The position numbers and the translations under genes are program-made. From sequence record MN871449.1: a stretch of 64,000 nt of DNA; one strand, 5' to 3'. The notes below the pieces were generated by a model. It was not told where the DNA came from. It ran no database searches and worked only from the letters and a program-made list of their open reading frames with translations. Shown piece by piece: positions 45,675-54,024 of the stretch (the stretch's first letter is position 1; each line of letters opens with the position of its first letter).

Positions 45675-47053
45675 TGAAACAGTATCTCGATCTACTACGT
45701 GAAATTATCGAAACCGGTCGTCAGCGAGGAGACAGGACGGGAACGGGGACGATTTCTATTTTTGATGCGAAACTGAAGTACGACCTTTCGACCGGGGAAT
45801 TCCCTCTGCTCACCACGAAGTTCGTTCCGCGTAAATCTGCGTGGTTTGAGTACAAGGCAATGTTAAACGGGGAACTCCACCTCGATACCATGGTGGAGAA
45901 TAATGTCAAGTTCTGGGACCCGTGGCGTTTAGAAGCTGACGTGGTGAAAGAAGTTCCTCTGGAAAACTACGAGCGCCTGAAGTGGCTTGAAGAGAACAAC
46001 AAAGAAGCTCACATCGAGTTTTACAGCAAAGGGATCTCCATTCAGCCTGTTGAAGACGGCCATCGTTGGCTAGATGAAAAAGGTGTACCGCGTACTCGCC
46101 AGGTCACCGTGAACAAAGCGGGTGACCTTAATGCCCCTTACGGGTCAGCATGGCGAAACTTCTCCGAGAATCCATTAGAGAAGAAGGGCGTTGACCAAAT
46201 CGCGTATGCGCTCGATCTCCTACGGAACAATCCGGAATCGCGTCGTATCCTGATCTCGGCGTGGAACCCGCTTTGGATGCCGGAAGAAACGAAAGAAGTT
46301 ACTCTCAGTAGTGACGAGATGTGGGAACATTTAAAAACTCACAGTCCGGACCTTTATGCTATTTTCTGGCCGCGCCTGGAATATCATGGCAAGACCGATA
46401 ACTGCGAAGAGTTCTTAGCAAGTCATGGTGTACCACGCACTAAGACCGTTAAGGTTACGCCGCAGGAAAATATTGTGGAGGGTAAACCATGCCTTACCCC
46501 GTGTCATTTCCTGGTAGAGTTCTACGTAGAAGAGATGACATTGAGCGAGCGGTTAAAATGGTGCAGGAACAATGCTAACCCGTACTTCCAGGATCTTTGG
46601 GAAGACCATATGTCGGACTGCTACAGCGAAGAACATTGTGACCAGCCGAAAATGTCCCCTGAGCGTAAAGCGGAATGGTTGACGGAGAACCACGTACCGA
46701 CGCAGTGGCTGAGTTTGAAATACAGTATGCGGAGCTGTGACACAATGACCGGTGAGCCCTTTAACCAGGCTTTCTACGCCTTCATGTTGCTGTCATTTGC
46801 TCATGAGCTCGGTATGGCGCCCAATAAGCTGGTTGGTAATCTGACTAACGTCCATATCTACAATAATCAGTTAGAGGAAGCTAAGTTACAGTTAACTCGC
46901 GAGCCTTACAAACCGGTTGAGTGTTACGTTCGCTCTGAGCACTACTATAACTCAGAGATGCCGAAGAAAGGGTTGTTTGAACTCACCTATGAAGATTTCG
47001 TCTTCACTGAGTACAAGCATCACCCAGCCATTAAATTACAGGTGTCGGTATGA
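45674..47053 (+). CDS. thyA: Thymidylate synthase with three large insertions
   Basis: DRTGTGT, FPLLTTK, YG..WR, DQI, SRR..SAWNP, PCH, RSCD..G.PFN, HIY. Confidence 0.96.
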   Translation: MKQYLDLLREIIETGRQRGDRTGTGTISIFDAKLKYDLSTGEFPLLTTKFVPRKSAWFEYKAMLNGELHLDTMVENNVKFWDPWRLEADVVKEVPLENYERLKWLEENNKEAHIEFYSKGISIQPVEDGHRWLDEKGVPRTRQVTVNKAGDLNAPYGSAWRNFSENPLEKKGVDQIAYALDLLRNNPESRRILISAWNPLWMPEETKEVTLSSDEMWEHLKTHSPDLYAIFWPRLEYHGKTDNCEEFLASHGVPRTKTVKVTPQENIVEGKPCLTPCHFLVEFYVEEMTLSERLKWCRNNANPYFQDLWEDHMSDCYSEEHCDQPKMSPERKAEWLTENHVPTQWLSLKYSMRSCDTMTGEPFNQAFYAFMLLSFAHELGMAPNKLVGNLTNVHIYNNQLEEAKLQLTREPYKPVECYVRSEHYYNSEMPKKGLFELTYEDFVFTEYKHHPAIKLQVSV

Positions 47054-47364
47054 CAACGTGCGTTTTAGAAACGTGTCTGGTAGTTGGTCACGCTCGTCAC
47101 TCCGGTGTTACTTCGACGGAGTTTAATGATTCCGTAGAATTGTTACAGGGACTACCTAAACATCGTTCGGAATCGCTTTCTCCGTCATTTGCTTTTACGA
47201 ATGAAGAAACAGCGATTATTGAGAAGCTCTTCGTTATTTTCGAAAGGGAGATTTATTTCTACGCGTACGGCGGAGAAATAGGAATCTGGCGGAGTCTCTC
47301 ATTTGATGAAACTGGCGGTGACGATTTATCGATTAAACTCGAACTCCGTATCAGGCAAAAATAA
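47050..47364 (+). CDS. Hypothetical protein
   Basis: Coupled to thyA; terminator follows. Confidence 0.6.
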   Translation: MTTCVLETCLVVGHARHSGVTSTEFNDSVELLQGLPKHRSESLSPSFAFTNEETAIIEKLFVIFEREIYFYAYGGEIGIWRSLSFDETGGDDLSIKLELRIRQK

Positions 47365-47370
47365 GGTAAA

Positions 47371-47397
47371 AAGGTGAGGGGTCTTTCCTCTCACCTT
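47371..47397 (+). terminator. Terminator after thyA operon
   Basis: AAGGTGAGGGG-TCTTT-CCTCTCACCTT. Confidence 0.7.
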
Positions 47398-47418
47398 GTG
47401 TTTAATAAGGGGATACTA

Positions 47419-47742
47419 ATGAAAATTTATTTAGCAGTTATTTACACTCGAATGGACTTACTGGACAGAAAAGTCGCGGCGGTTACAGTAACACCAGAAG
47501 ATCGGGAAGTTACAACTATTAACTATAGGCTATCTATCGGTGTCGCCAATCTGATGTCTCAACTTAAAGAGTGGATGAATGAGACCGACAACGACACTCT
47601 CTTCAGTCTTCTCAAACGTCTACAAGGAGTCACTGCCTCAGAAGAAGGGCTCCCTGTAAACGATAATTGCTGGCACAGTCTCTCTTTGATACATCCTTTC
47701 GAATACGGTCTTACTCTTTACTACAAGGTAGAGGAAAAATAG
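47419..47742 (+). CDS. Hypothetical protein (start corrected to MKIYL)
   Basis: SD AAGGGG. Confidence 0.65.
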   Translation: MKIYLAVIYTRMDLLDRKVAAVTVTPEDREVTTINYRLSIGVANLMSQLKEWMNETDNDTLFSLLKRLQGVTASEEGLPVNDNCWHSLSLIHPFEYGLTLYYKVEEK

Positions 47743-47743
47743 A

Positions 47744-48148
47744 ATGGGCGCTTACATTTACGGGCGGTTTGAAAAGAAAAATAAAAATGGGAAGTGGGAA
47801 AGAATCTCTGGCGGTGTAGATTGGTTTGATTTCCAATCTTATTTCATTTACGGTTGGTTTGCTGATGTCCGGAACCACGCCGGAGTCCCTCCGTTACCTT
47901 ACAAGTGGGAAAAGGCAGGGGAGCCAATTAATTACGACTGCGACTATAATTACACGCTGGAAACAAAATATCTGTTCGAGTTTGATTACGATCAGTTAGT
48001 GGAGGATCGCCGAGACGGTCACGATACTCTACCTGAGGGACAAGGGACAACAGCGACTTGGCGAGAACATCTTGGAGAAGAGTGGTTTGAGAAATTAAAT
48101 ATTCTTAAATCAAAAGGCGTTGAGCGTTTAGTGTTTAATTTCAATTAG
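47744..48148 (+). CDS. Conserved phage hypothetical (QSY..FGWFADVRN motif)
   Basis: Recognisable small phage family. Confidence 0.7.
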   Translation: MGAYIYGRFEKKNKNGKWERISGGVDWFDFQSYFIYGWFADVRNHAGVPPLPYKWEKAGEPINYDCDYNYTLETKYLFEFDYDQLVEDRRDGHDTLPEGQGTTATWREHLGEEWFEKLNILKSKGVERLVFNFN

Positions 48149-48158
48149 GGGATAGGTT

Positions 48159-48764
48159 ATGTCAAGAACAAAACTCGGTTTTCTTAAAGAGCCGTTAAAT
48201 CAGGAAGAAAGGGACTTAATCACTAATGATTATTACCCGGTTTTTATTCGTTCAAATCAAACATTTTTATTCAAGTCATTAACAGATAAAATCGAAAATT
48301 TCAACCGAGAGCACTATGGTGACGAGATTATTTCCGAGGAGGTATTAACATTCGCTTTACAAAATGGGCCTTTAGCCAATTGGAAAAAGGAAGTCATCGA
48401 ACGATGTGGCGATCACCCTGTTATTAATACATTTTCGATTTCCGTCCAATTTAGCTATAGGGATGACTACCCAGGTCGCAGTATTGATGTTTTGTTTTCA
48501 GAGAGCCTCAAGTTACTCGCAAAGGGAGAATTACAAAACTTCAACACGCCGGAAAGATTTTCTCCAGAGTATTATATTCGTCATTGGAATAATGACTACG
48601 CCGAATCAAAAGAATTTCTCTCCAGCCCAGCTGGTAAAATCAACGCCTTAATCTCTAAATATGTCGATGATCAAATAAGACGTTCAGAGATCGGTAGCGA
48701 TAAATTAGAGGATCATTCCGAATTCGTTACTGAAATAGCCAAACTACTACAGGAGTCAAATTAA
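48159..48764 (+). CDS. Hypothetical protein
   Basis: In operon. Confidence 0.7.
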   Translation: MSRTKLGFLKEPLNQEERDLITNDYYPVFIRSNQTFLFKSLTDKIENFNREHYGDEIISEEVLTFALQNGPLANWKKEVIERCGDHPVINTFSISVQFSYRDDYPGRSIDVLFSESLKLLAKGELQNFNTPERFSPEYYIRHWNNDYAESKEFLSSPAGKINALISKYVDDQIRRSEIGSDKLEDHSEFVTEIAKLLQESN

Positions 48765-49378
48765 TGCATACGTCTTCAAGTCCCATTTTTATTATCACTA
48801 ACAAGTTCGGTACCGCCGTGCACCTGACTTTAGTCCAAGCGGTACAGCTCGCACAGTTCATTGGTTTCAGACGCGGGCAGCCTCTGGAGCCAGGTGCCTA
48901 TCGTTACGACTCTGAGACGGCGCAAACTTATCGCAACCGCACTGTCGCCGAGAATGGACTGTACGGTTATTATTCTCGTTTTATCATCGACTGGCATCGT
49001 AATCTGGACGGTCATGACGTCAAGATTATTTTCCGTTTTGGCGATGAAGAAGAACGACTGACAGTGAGCGAACTGGGTAAAATTTATACCGCTCTGATTC
49101 GTTTTATCGCTGCGCACGTTAAAGGGTTGAAATTCCCAGGCTGGCGAAATCTCTCTTTTCATTCTCATGTAAAGTTGAAATTCTCAGGGTTTGGCTTTTC
49201 CCAAGAACACCCAGGTAAACTCGTCGAATACAACAAAGGGAAAATAGTTAACAAGTCATTAGTTTCCCATAATGCCCACATGGACAACGTTAATCTTCCT
49301 CGTCCTGACTACGTTAAGAAACTTTGTTTTGGCGGGCGAGAATACCGTCTCGAAGATTGTAAGTTTATCATCAATTAA
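48764..49378 (+). CDS. Hypothetical protein
   Basis: Coupled ORF. Confidence 0.7.
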   Translation: MHTSSSPIFIITNKFGTAVHLTLVQAVQLAQFIGFRRGQPLEPGAYRYDSETAQTYRNRTVAENGLYGYYSRFIIDWHRNLDGHDVKIIFRFGDEEERLTVSELGKIYTALIRFIAAHVKGLKFPGWRNLSFHSHVKLKFSGFGFSQEHPGKLVEYNKGKIVNKSLVSHNAHMDNVNLPRPDYVKKLCFGGREYRLEDCKFIIN

Positions 49379-49396
49379 ATACGGAGAGTTTGGGCA

Positions 49397-49870
49397 ATGA
49401 CCTATACCGAAATTAAAGGGGATTTGATTGAGGCTTTCTTTAATAAGGAAGTCGACGTCATTGCCCACCAAGTAAATTGTTTTGGGATTGCAAAGAGCGG
49501 TATCGCCGTTAAGATCTTCGAAGCTTTTCCCTGGATAGCTGAGCCTTACTTTGCTGACAAACGCCCTGTCAAAAACAGATTGGGGAAATTAACGGCCGCC
49601 AAAAAGGATGAGCAGTGGGGTTTCAATCTTTGTGGCCAATTTCACCACGACCATTCAGATCCGGGATATAAAACGCATTATAGCGCACAGTATCTGGCAA
49701 TGAAGATAATGTCCTCAATTCTCAAAAAGGAAGAGAAACCATTAAGAGTTGGTTTTCCTTTAATCGGTTGCGGGTTGGCCGGTGGTGATTGGGAAATGGT
49801 CCGCCAAAATATTGAGCGGGCTTTTAAGGATACCAATCTTGAAATCATTGTTTATCGGTTCGAGGGTTAA
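49397..49870 (+). CDS. Macrodomain (Poa1p / T4 tk.4-like) protein
   Basis: IKGDL..DVIAHQVNC.G..KSGIA..I...FP; PLIGCGLAGGDW. Confidence 0.92.
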   Translation: MTYTEIKGDLIEAFFNKEVDVIAHQVNCFGIAKSGIAVKIFEAFPWIAEPYFADKRPVKNRLGKLTAAKKDEQWGFNLCGQFHHDHSDPGYKTHYSAQYLAMKIMSSILKKEEKPLRVGFPLIGCGLAGGDWEMVRQNIERAFKDTNLEIIVYRFEG

Positions 49871-49873
49871 ACT

Positions 49874-50239
49874 ATGTTTGTTGAACTGAGGGAATTTCAG
49901 CGTGACTGTGTGATACCCGAAAAGATAGACAACTACGAAACAGAAGCAGGGAAAACACGGCAATACTTAACCTACGGACATAACCTTGGTCCGGTGTTAA
50001 CGGTGCGTGGAATCAGCGGAAAAAGCGCGGAGTCTTTCCATAAACTGGTACAGGCCAAGTATAATTTCCCTCGACCCGGAATTCATTTTGTTTTAACGGG
50101 TGATGAGATCAGGGAACTGTTGGATACTTGGATAGTAGAGGGTTCTTCCGACATTATTGATTCTTGGATTGAGTTAGATACCTTCTGGTGCATCGCTGAC
50201 TTCGATTCAATCTTAACTTATTTTTGGGGAGGGGAATAG
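49874..50239 (+). CDS. Hypothetical protein
   Basis: SD GAGGG. Confidence 0.65.
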   Translation: MFVELREFQRDCVIPEKIDNYETEAGKTRQYLTYGHNLGPVLTVRGISGKSAESFHKLVQAKYNFPRPGIHFVLTGDEIRELLDTWIVEGSSDIIDSWIELDTFWCIADFDSILTYFWGGE

Positions 50240-50623
50240 ATGGGATTTTTTCTCACGTTTTATTCGGTCGATAAAGACACGGTATTGGAACCGGTTACAG
50301 GTGAAGGTGGTGTAGGGAAAACATTTGAATACGATGAAGTTTTTAACAATGATGCTGTCTCACCAAAGAGAATAGCATCTTGGAAGAATCAACATACATT
50401 AGCCGAAATTTTGGCTGCCGCGAACCTCTGCTCTAACGATGACTTGGGACCGTGGGTTATTACTAAGGATGATATCCCATTAATCATCTCTGAGATTACT
50501 GCGCGTAACAACGAGCAAAACGACGACCGATGGAACGATTACGAAGGATTAAAACTCTTTTTAATTCTTAAAAATAAATCATTTGATTTTGATAAAGACT
50601 GGTTTATTTTTACTGCGGGATAA
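50240..50623 (+). CDS. Hypothetical protein
   Basis: SD GGAGG. Confidence 0.65.
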   Translation: MGFFLTFYSVDKDTVLEPVTGEGGVGKTFEYDEVFNNDAVSPKRIASWKNQHTLAEILAAANLCSNDDLGPWVITKDDIPLIISEITARNNEQNDDRWNDYEGLKLFLILKNKSFDFDKDWFIFTAG

Positions 50624-50681
50624 AAATGCATTATTTTCAAGTCCGTCCTCGATTACCTAATTTAACTCGAGGACTCAAATC

Positions 50682-50846
50682 ATGGCAAGAACCAAACGCG
50701 GTTCTAAGGCTCAAAGTCAAGAATTCTGGAGCGCCCGGCCAGGTAATCCAACAATCCCCGGTCCATACTCTAAACTCTTGACTCACCGCGCTGAACGTCG
50801 TATCAGTAAAAAGATCGTACGTCAGGAACTCAACGATTTAGACTAA
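50682..50846 (+). CDS. 54-aa basic protein (not in ORF track)
   Basis: MARTKRGSKAQSQEFWSARPGNPTIPGPYSKLLTHRAERRISKKIVRQELNDLD*; SD GAGGA; terminator follows. Confidence 0.75.
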   Translation: MARTKRGSKAQSQEFWSARPGNPTIPGPYSKLLTHRAERRISKKIVRQELNDLD

Positions 50847-50849
50847 GCT

Positions 50850-50877
50850 AAAAGAGGAGGGGTTTCCCTCCTCTTTT
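50850..50877 (+). terminator. Intrinsic terminator
   Basis: AAAAGAGGAGGG-GTTT-CCCTCCTCTTTT. Confidence 0.85.
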
Positions 50878-50943
50878 TTTTTGCTTTTTACGGCAGAGAG
50901 TAAGAATATGGTGCGACTATAATTACCATAACGGGGAATAATA

Positions 50944-52323
50944 ATGCTCGAACAACTAATGTCATTTTACGACCATATTCTTTCTAACTTTAAAGACTAC
51001 CCTATGGCACAGAATGCAATTGTCGCCGCGAGTTCCATTGCGGTGTCAGGGGCGATTGGTTGGGGGTTAATCAAAACGCCCAAGGCGGTAGCACAATGGG
51101 TCAAACGTCAGTTTGTTACTAGTTTGGTTTTTAACACCTCTGGAACCAACTGGAGTAATTATAACTCCGAACAATATGGGGCATTCCTGAAATGGTTTGC
51201 TAAGAATAGTTGGTTCCATTGGAGTAGGACGATAACTATTGATGGCGACGTGAATGGAGAGTCCGCCGCAGTGGGGCCTGGTGTGGGGTCACATTTCTTT
51301 CTTCATAAGGGCACTGTGTTTGTTTTCTCTATCACGGAAATTGATGCTAACGCTGCGAGTAATTCGAAATACCGTCTTAGCATTAGTAAATTCGGTCGCA
51401 GCCATAAACCTATCTTAAACCTGATGGATGAGTTTATGCTGAAAGACACGGGTAAAGACAACATACGGACATTTGTCAATACTACCGACAGTTGGAATTA
51501 TTTGTGCCGACTGAAGAAAAGAGACCTTAAAACCATAGTCGTTACGGATAAAGTCCAGCGCGAGTTAATCGACCCTATCTTCGATTTTAATAAGAGTAAA
51601 GACTGGTACGAATCACGAGGACTGGCTTATAAGTTCACAGTGTTGTTATACGGTTTACCAGGCACCGGAAAGAGCAGTTTGATTTCGGCATTAGCGGCCG
51701 CGTTAGGGCGCGATATTCATATCCTCAAACCCGCCGGTGGATTACAATACCAAGCGCTTTTCCAACGAGCAGCTGGCGGGGTTGTGATTATCGAGGATAT
51801 TGATACGTATTCGTTCACGAAAGCGCGGAGTAAAGAAAAGGTTATCATTGACTTAAAAGAGGGAAACAAACCGGAAAACCCAGAAGAACTCAAAAATACC
51901 CCTTTCGTCGTTGAAGAACAAAGTTCTGACGATAAAGCAATGGACGAGTACCTAAACGGTAGCTTGTCAGATTTCCTCAACGCGTTAGACGGCGTCTTGC
52001 GGTTGAATGATGTTATCGTTTTCCTGACGACTAACCGCCCTGAGAAACTTGACGATGCGCTGCTGCGGGACGGGAGAATAGACGTCAGGGCTGAAGTAGA
52101 AGTATTAGGCGATAAAGAAATTCGTCAGTTCTTCAAAATGGCATTCCCTGATACGGAACCTAGTAATAACCTTCCTTTCTCTCCTTTACCCGGTGCATCT
52201 GTTCAAGCGCTTTTCATGCTGAACAAACATGACCCGGTAGCCTATGAAAACGCGCTACGGACGTACGACGTCACTAAACCTGTCGAAGCAGTAAGTTATA
52301 ACGTCTTAAAAGCTGTAAGTTAA
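50944..52323 (+). CDS. BCS1-like AAA+ ATPase
   Basis: N-terminal TM and BCS1_N-like region; WY..RG..YK..LLYG.PGTGKSS; IEDID; LNALDG; TTN.PEKLD.ALLR.GRID. Confidence 0.9.
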   Translation: MLEQLMSFYDHILSNFKDYPMAQNAIVAASSIAVSGAIGWGLIKTPKAVAQWVKRQFVTSLVFNTSGTNWSNYNSEQYGAFLKWFAKNSWFHWSRTITIDGDVNGESAAVGPGVGSHFFLHKGTVFVFSITEIDANAASNSKYRLSISKFGRSHKPILNLMDEFMLKDTGKDNIRTFVNTTDSWNYLCRLKKRDLKTIVVTDKVQRELIDPIFDFNKSKDWYESRGLAYKFTVLLYGLPGTGKSSLISALAAALGRDIHILKPAGGLQYQALFQRAAGGVVIIEDIDTYSFTKARSKEKVIIDLKEGNKPENPEELKNTPFVVEEQSSDDKAMDEYLNGSLSDFLNALDGVLRLNDVIVFLTTNRPEKLDDALLRDGRIDVRAEVEVLGDKEIRQFFKMAFPDTEPSNNLPFSPLPGASVQALFMLNKHDPVAYENALRTYDVTKPVEAVSYNVLKAVS

Positions 52324-52335
52324 ACGTACTATGGG

Positions 52336-52358
52336 AACAGGGTCAACTCGACCCTGTT
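52336..52358 (+). terminator. Intrinsic terminator
   Basis: AACAGGGTC-AACTC-GACCCTGTT. Confidence 0.7.
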
Positions 52359-52363
52359 TCACA

Positions 52364-52373
52364 CCTATATCAC
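52364..52373 (+). promoter_or_regulatory. Early promoter-like motif CCTATATCAC
   Basis: After terminator, before operon. Confidence 0.65.
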
Positions 52374-52419
52374 CCTAGTGAAAGAACGTAAACAAAATCG
52401 TTTATAAGGAGTTCCTACC

Positions 52420-52665
52420 GTGACCGACGAAGAAATTAAAAGTGTTATTATCAACGATCATGTCATTGACTTTGGCGAATTGGTACATGTTACTCCGCCT
52501 ATTTCAAAACTCAATACAAACTGGGGCGGCGCTAAACCTTCAATTGGGCTGCTCTATACGTCTAACCCAAGCAAGATGGGTTGGTTGGTATTTCATGACC
52601 AAGAAACGGCCATTGAGAAATACGAAGAAATTATCGTGCAATGGAACCTGAGGAAAATGAAATAA
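52420..52665 (+). CDS. Hypothetical early protein
   Basis: GTG start after promoter motif; SD AAGGAG. Confidence 0.65.
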   Translation: MTDEEIKSVIINDHVIDFGELVHVTPPISKLNTNWGGAKPSIGLLYTSNPSKMGWLVFHDQETAIEKYEEIIVQWNLRKMK

Positions 52666-53177
52666 TGATTCTGGCCTCTTTCGTCTCTAGCGAACACGGT
52701 AAAATGTTAATTGTTGGTAATCGAACACTTTACCGTCGCGGAATTTCTCCAGCGGCCTCATTCGCTTCTGAAAACGGTAAAGTCTTACTGATCGAAACCA
52801 CAGGGATTTATTTTGCCTGGGGAAGTAAATGCCGCTGGGAAATAAACTTCAAAGAGAAATGGATAGGGAGCATTACTGAAGAATATTCCCCTATTGGGGG
52901 ACCTGAAGAGATCACCACCGGAAGAGGCCGATTTGTTGTTCAAGAGGTTCAACTTCACGAAGGAAAACGTTTCGGGAAGAAAAAGAAATCGGAAGCGAGG
53001 TGGTGGGAGATATTAGACGTCCCTGAAACGGATGCTGAGTGGTTTGACCGTCACCGAGAAACCGTGTCTCGATTACGGGCAGATAACCCGCTAGAAGCGA
53101 TTGAGGGCCTTTATACGCTAAAGCCTTTGTTGGATGAAATCGAAGCGATTGGAAGGAAATTGCGAAATGAAAAATAA
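52641..53177 (+). CDS. Hypothetical protein
   Basis: In operon. Confidence 0.65.
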   Translation: MEPEENEIMILASFVSSEHGKMLIVGNRTLYRRGISPAASFASENGKVLLIETTGIYFAWGSKCRWEINFKEKWIGSITEEYSPIGGPEEITTGRGRFVVQEVQLHEGKRFGKKKKSEARWWEILDVPETDAEWFDRHRETVSRLRADNPLEAIEGLYTLKPLLDEIEAIGRKLRNEK

Positions 53178-53436
53178 TTTGTTCTCGGGAGATAAATTGT
53201 TCTTCTTAGTTGCTACTCACGGACTGCCCTTAGATATTGCAGTAGGTAAGATATTTAACGCAGGATTCACTATTGATTGGACGGGGTTCATTGATGCCGC
53301 GTTAACAGGAGGGTGGCAGCCAAGAAGAATTCTTACGGCTATCGAATGTTCTGCTTTAGAAGCGATCTCCGATGAAGAATATTGCCAGGAAGTCATCGTC
53401 CGAGTGAAATTGTACTTGATTAATAAGGTGCTCTGA
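53167..53436 (+). CDS. Small protein resembling the alanyl-tRNA synthetase helical segment
   Basis: SGDKLFFLVATHGLPLDI...GFTIDWTGF resembles AlaRS G..AF.LYDTYGFP.DL...VD..GF. Confidence 0.55.
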   Translation: MKNNLFSGDKLFFLVATHGLPLDIAVGKIFNAGFTIDWTGFIDAALTGGWQPRRILTAIECSALEAISDEEYCQEVIVRVKLYLINKVL

Positions 53437-53438
53437 AA

Positions 53439-54005
53439 ATGTCTAACGATAAAGTGGTTGTACTCACCCGTGAAGTAGTAGATGAGATTCTAAGTGAACT
53501 GTGTGAGCATACCGAGCGTTATGATCTCACCGGCAAGATTCGTGAGCAAATGAACCGGAAAGACGAATCACTTTTCAATTCCCCAACCTTTGCCGAAGAG
53601 CCGCTGACACTCGCAACGCTCAAGAAAGTCGTAAGTCAATATATTAGCTCACGTCAATTTACCTTCGTAGACTTCGCGTTTATGGCGGATAACGGATACG
53701 ACGAATCTGGTCCGTGGGTGAAGACTTTCTGGGATACAGGAGCGTATTTTGAGGGCAGCGAAAACGCTTATCGGTATCCCTCTAGTTCCGGGACTTTCTG
53801 GGACCAAGAATCACAGACGGGAATCTTCTATTTGCAACTGACTCAACATGAGATTGTTTTTAATCTCGATCTTTCCGTTATCAAAGTGCGTAAAGATTGT
53901 TCTTTGTTAAACGAGGTTCAGCCTTGGACAGAATGGACGGATGAAACGAACTGGTTGAGCAGTAGCGTAGGCGACCTGGAAAGGGTTATTGAAGATTGGT
54001 TTTAA
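53439..54005 (+). CDS. Hypothetical protein
   Basis: SD AAGGTG. Confidence 0.7.
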   Translation: MSNDKVVVLTREVVDEILSELCEHTERYDLTGKIREQMNRKDESLFNSPTFAEEPLTLATLKKVVSQYISSRQFTFVDFAFMADNGYDESGPWVKTFWDTGAYFEGSENAYRYPSSSGTFWDQESQTGIFYLQLTQHEIVFNLDLSVIKVRKDCSLLNEVQPWTEWTDETNWLSSSVGDLERVIEDWF

Positions 54006-54024
54006 CTAATTAAAGGGGTAGTAA

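Noticed and set aside
45947-46705. Inteins or introns in thyA
   Set aside because: The reading frame is continuous, and the inserts lack C/S-start...HN-C/S intein ends and LAGLIDADG/HNH motifs.
45674-47053. dCMP/dUMP hydroxymethylase (modified-base synthesis)
   Set aside because: The specificity residue is Asn (PFN) as in canonical ThyA; no modification partners seen.
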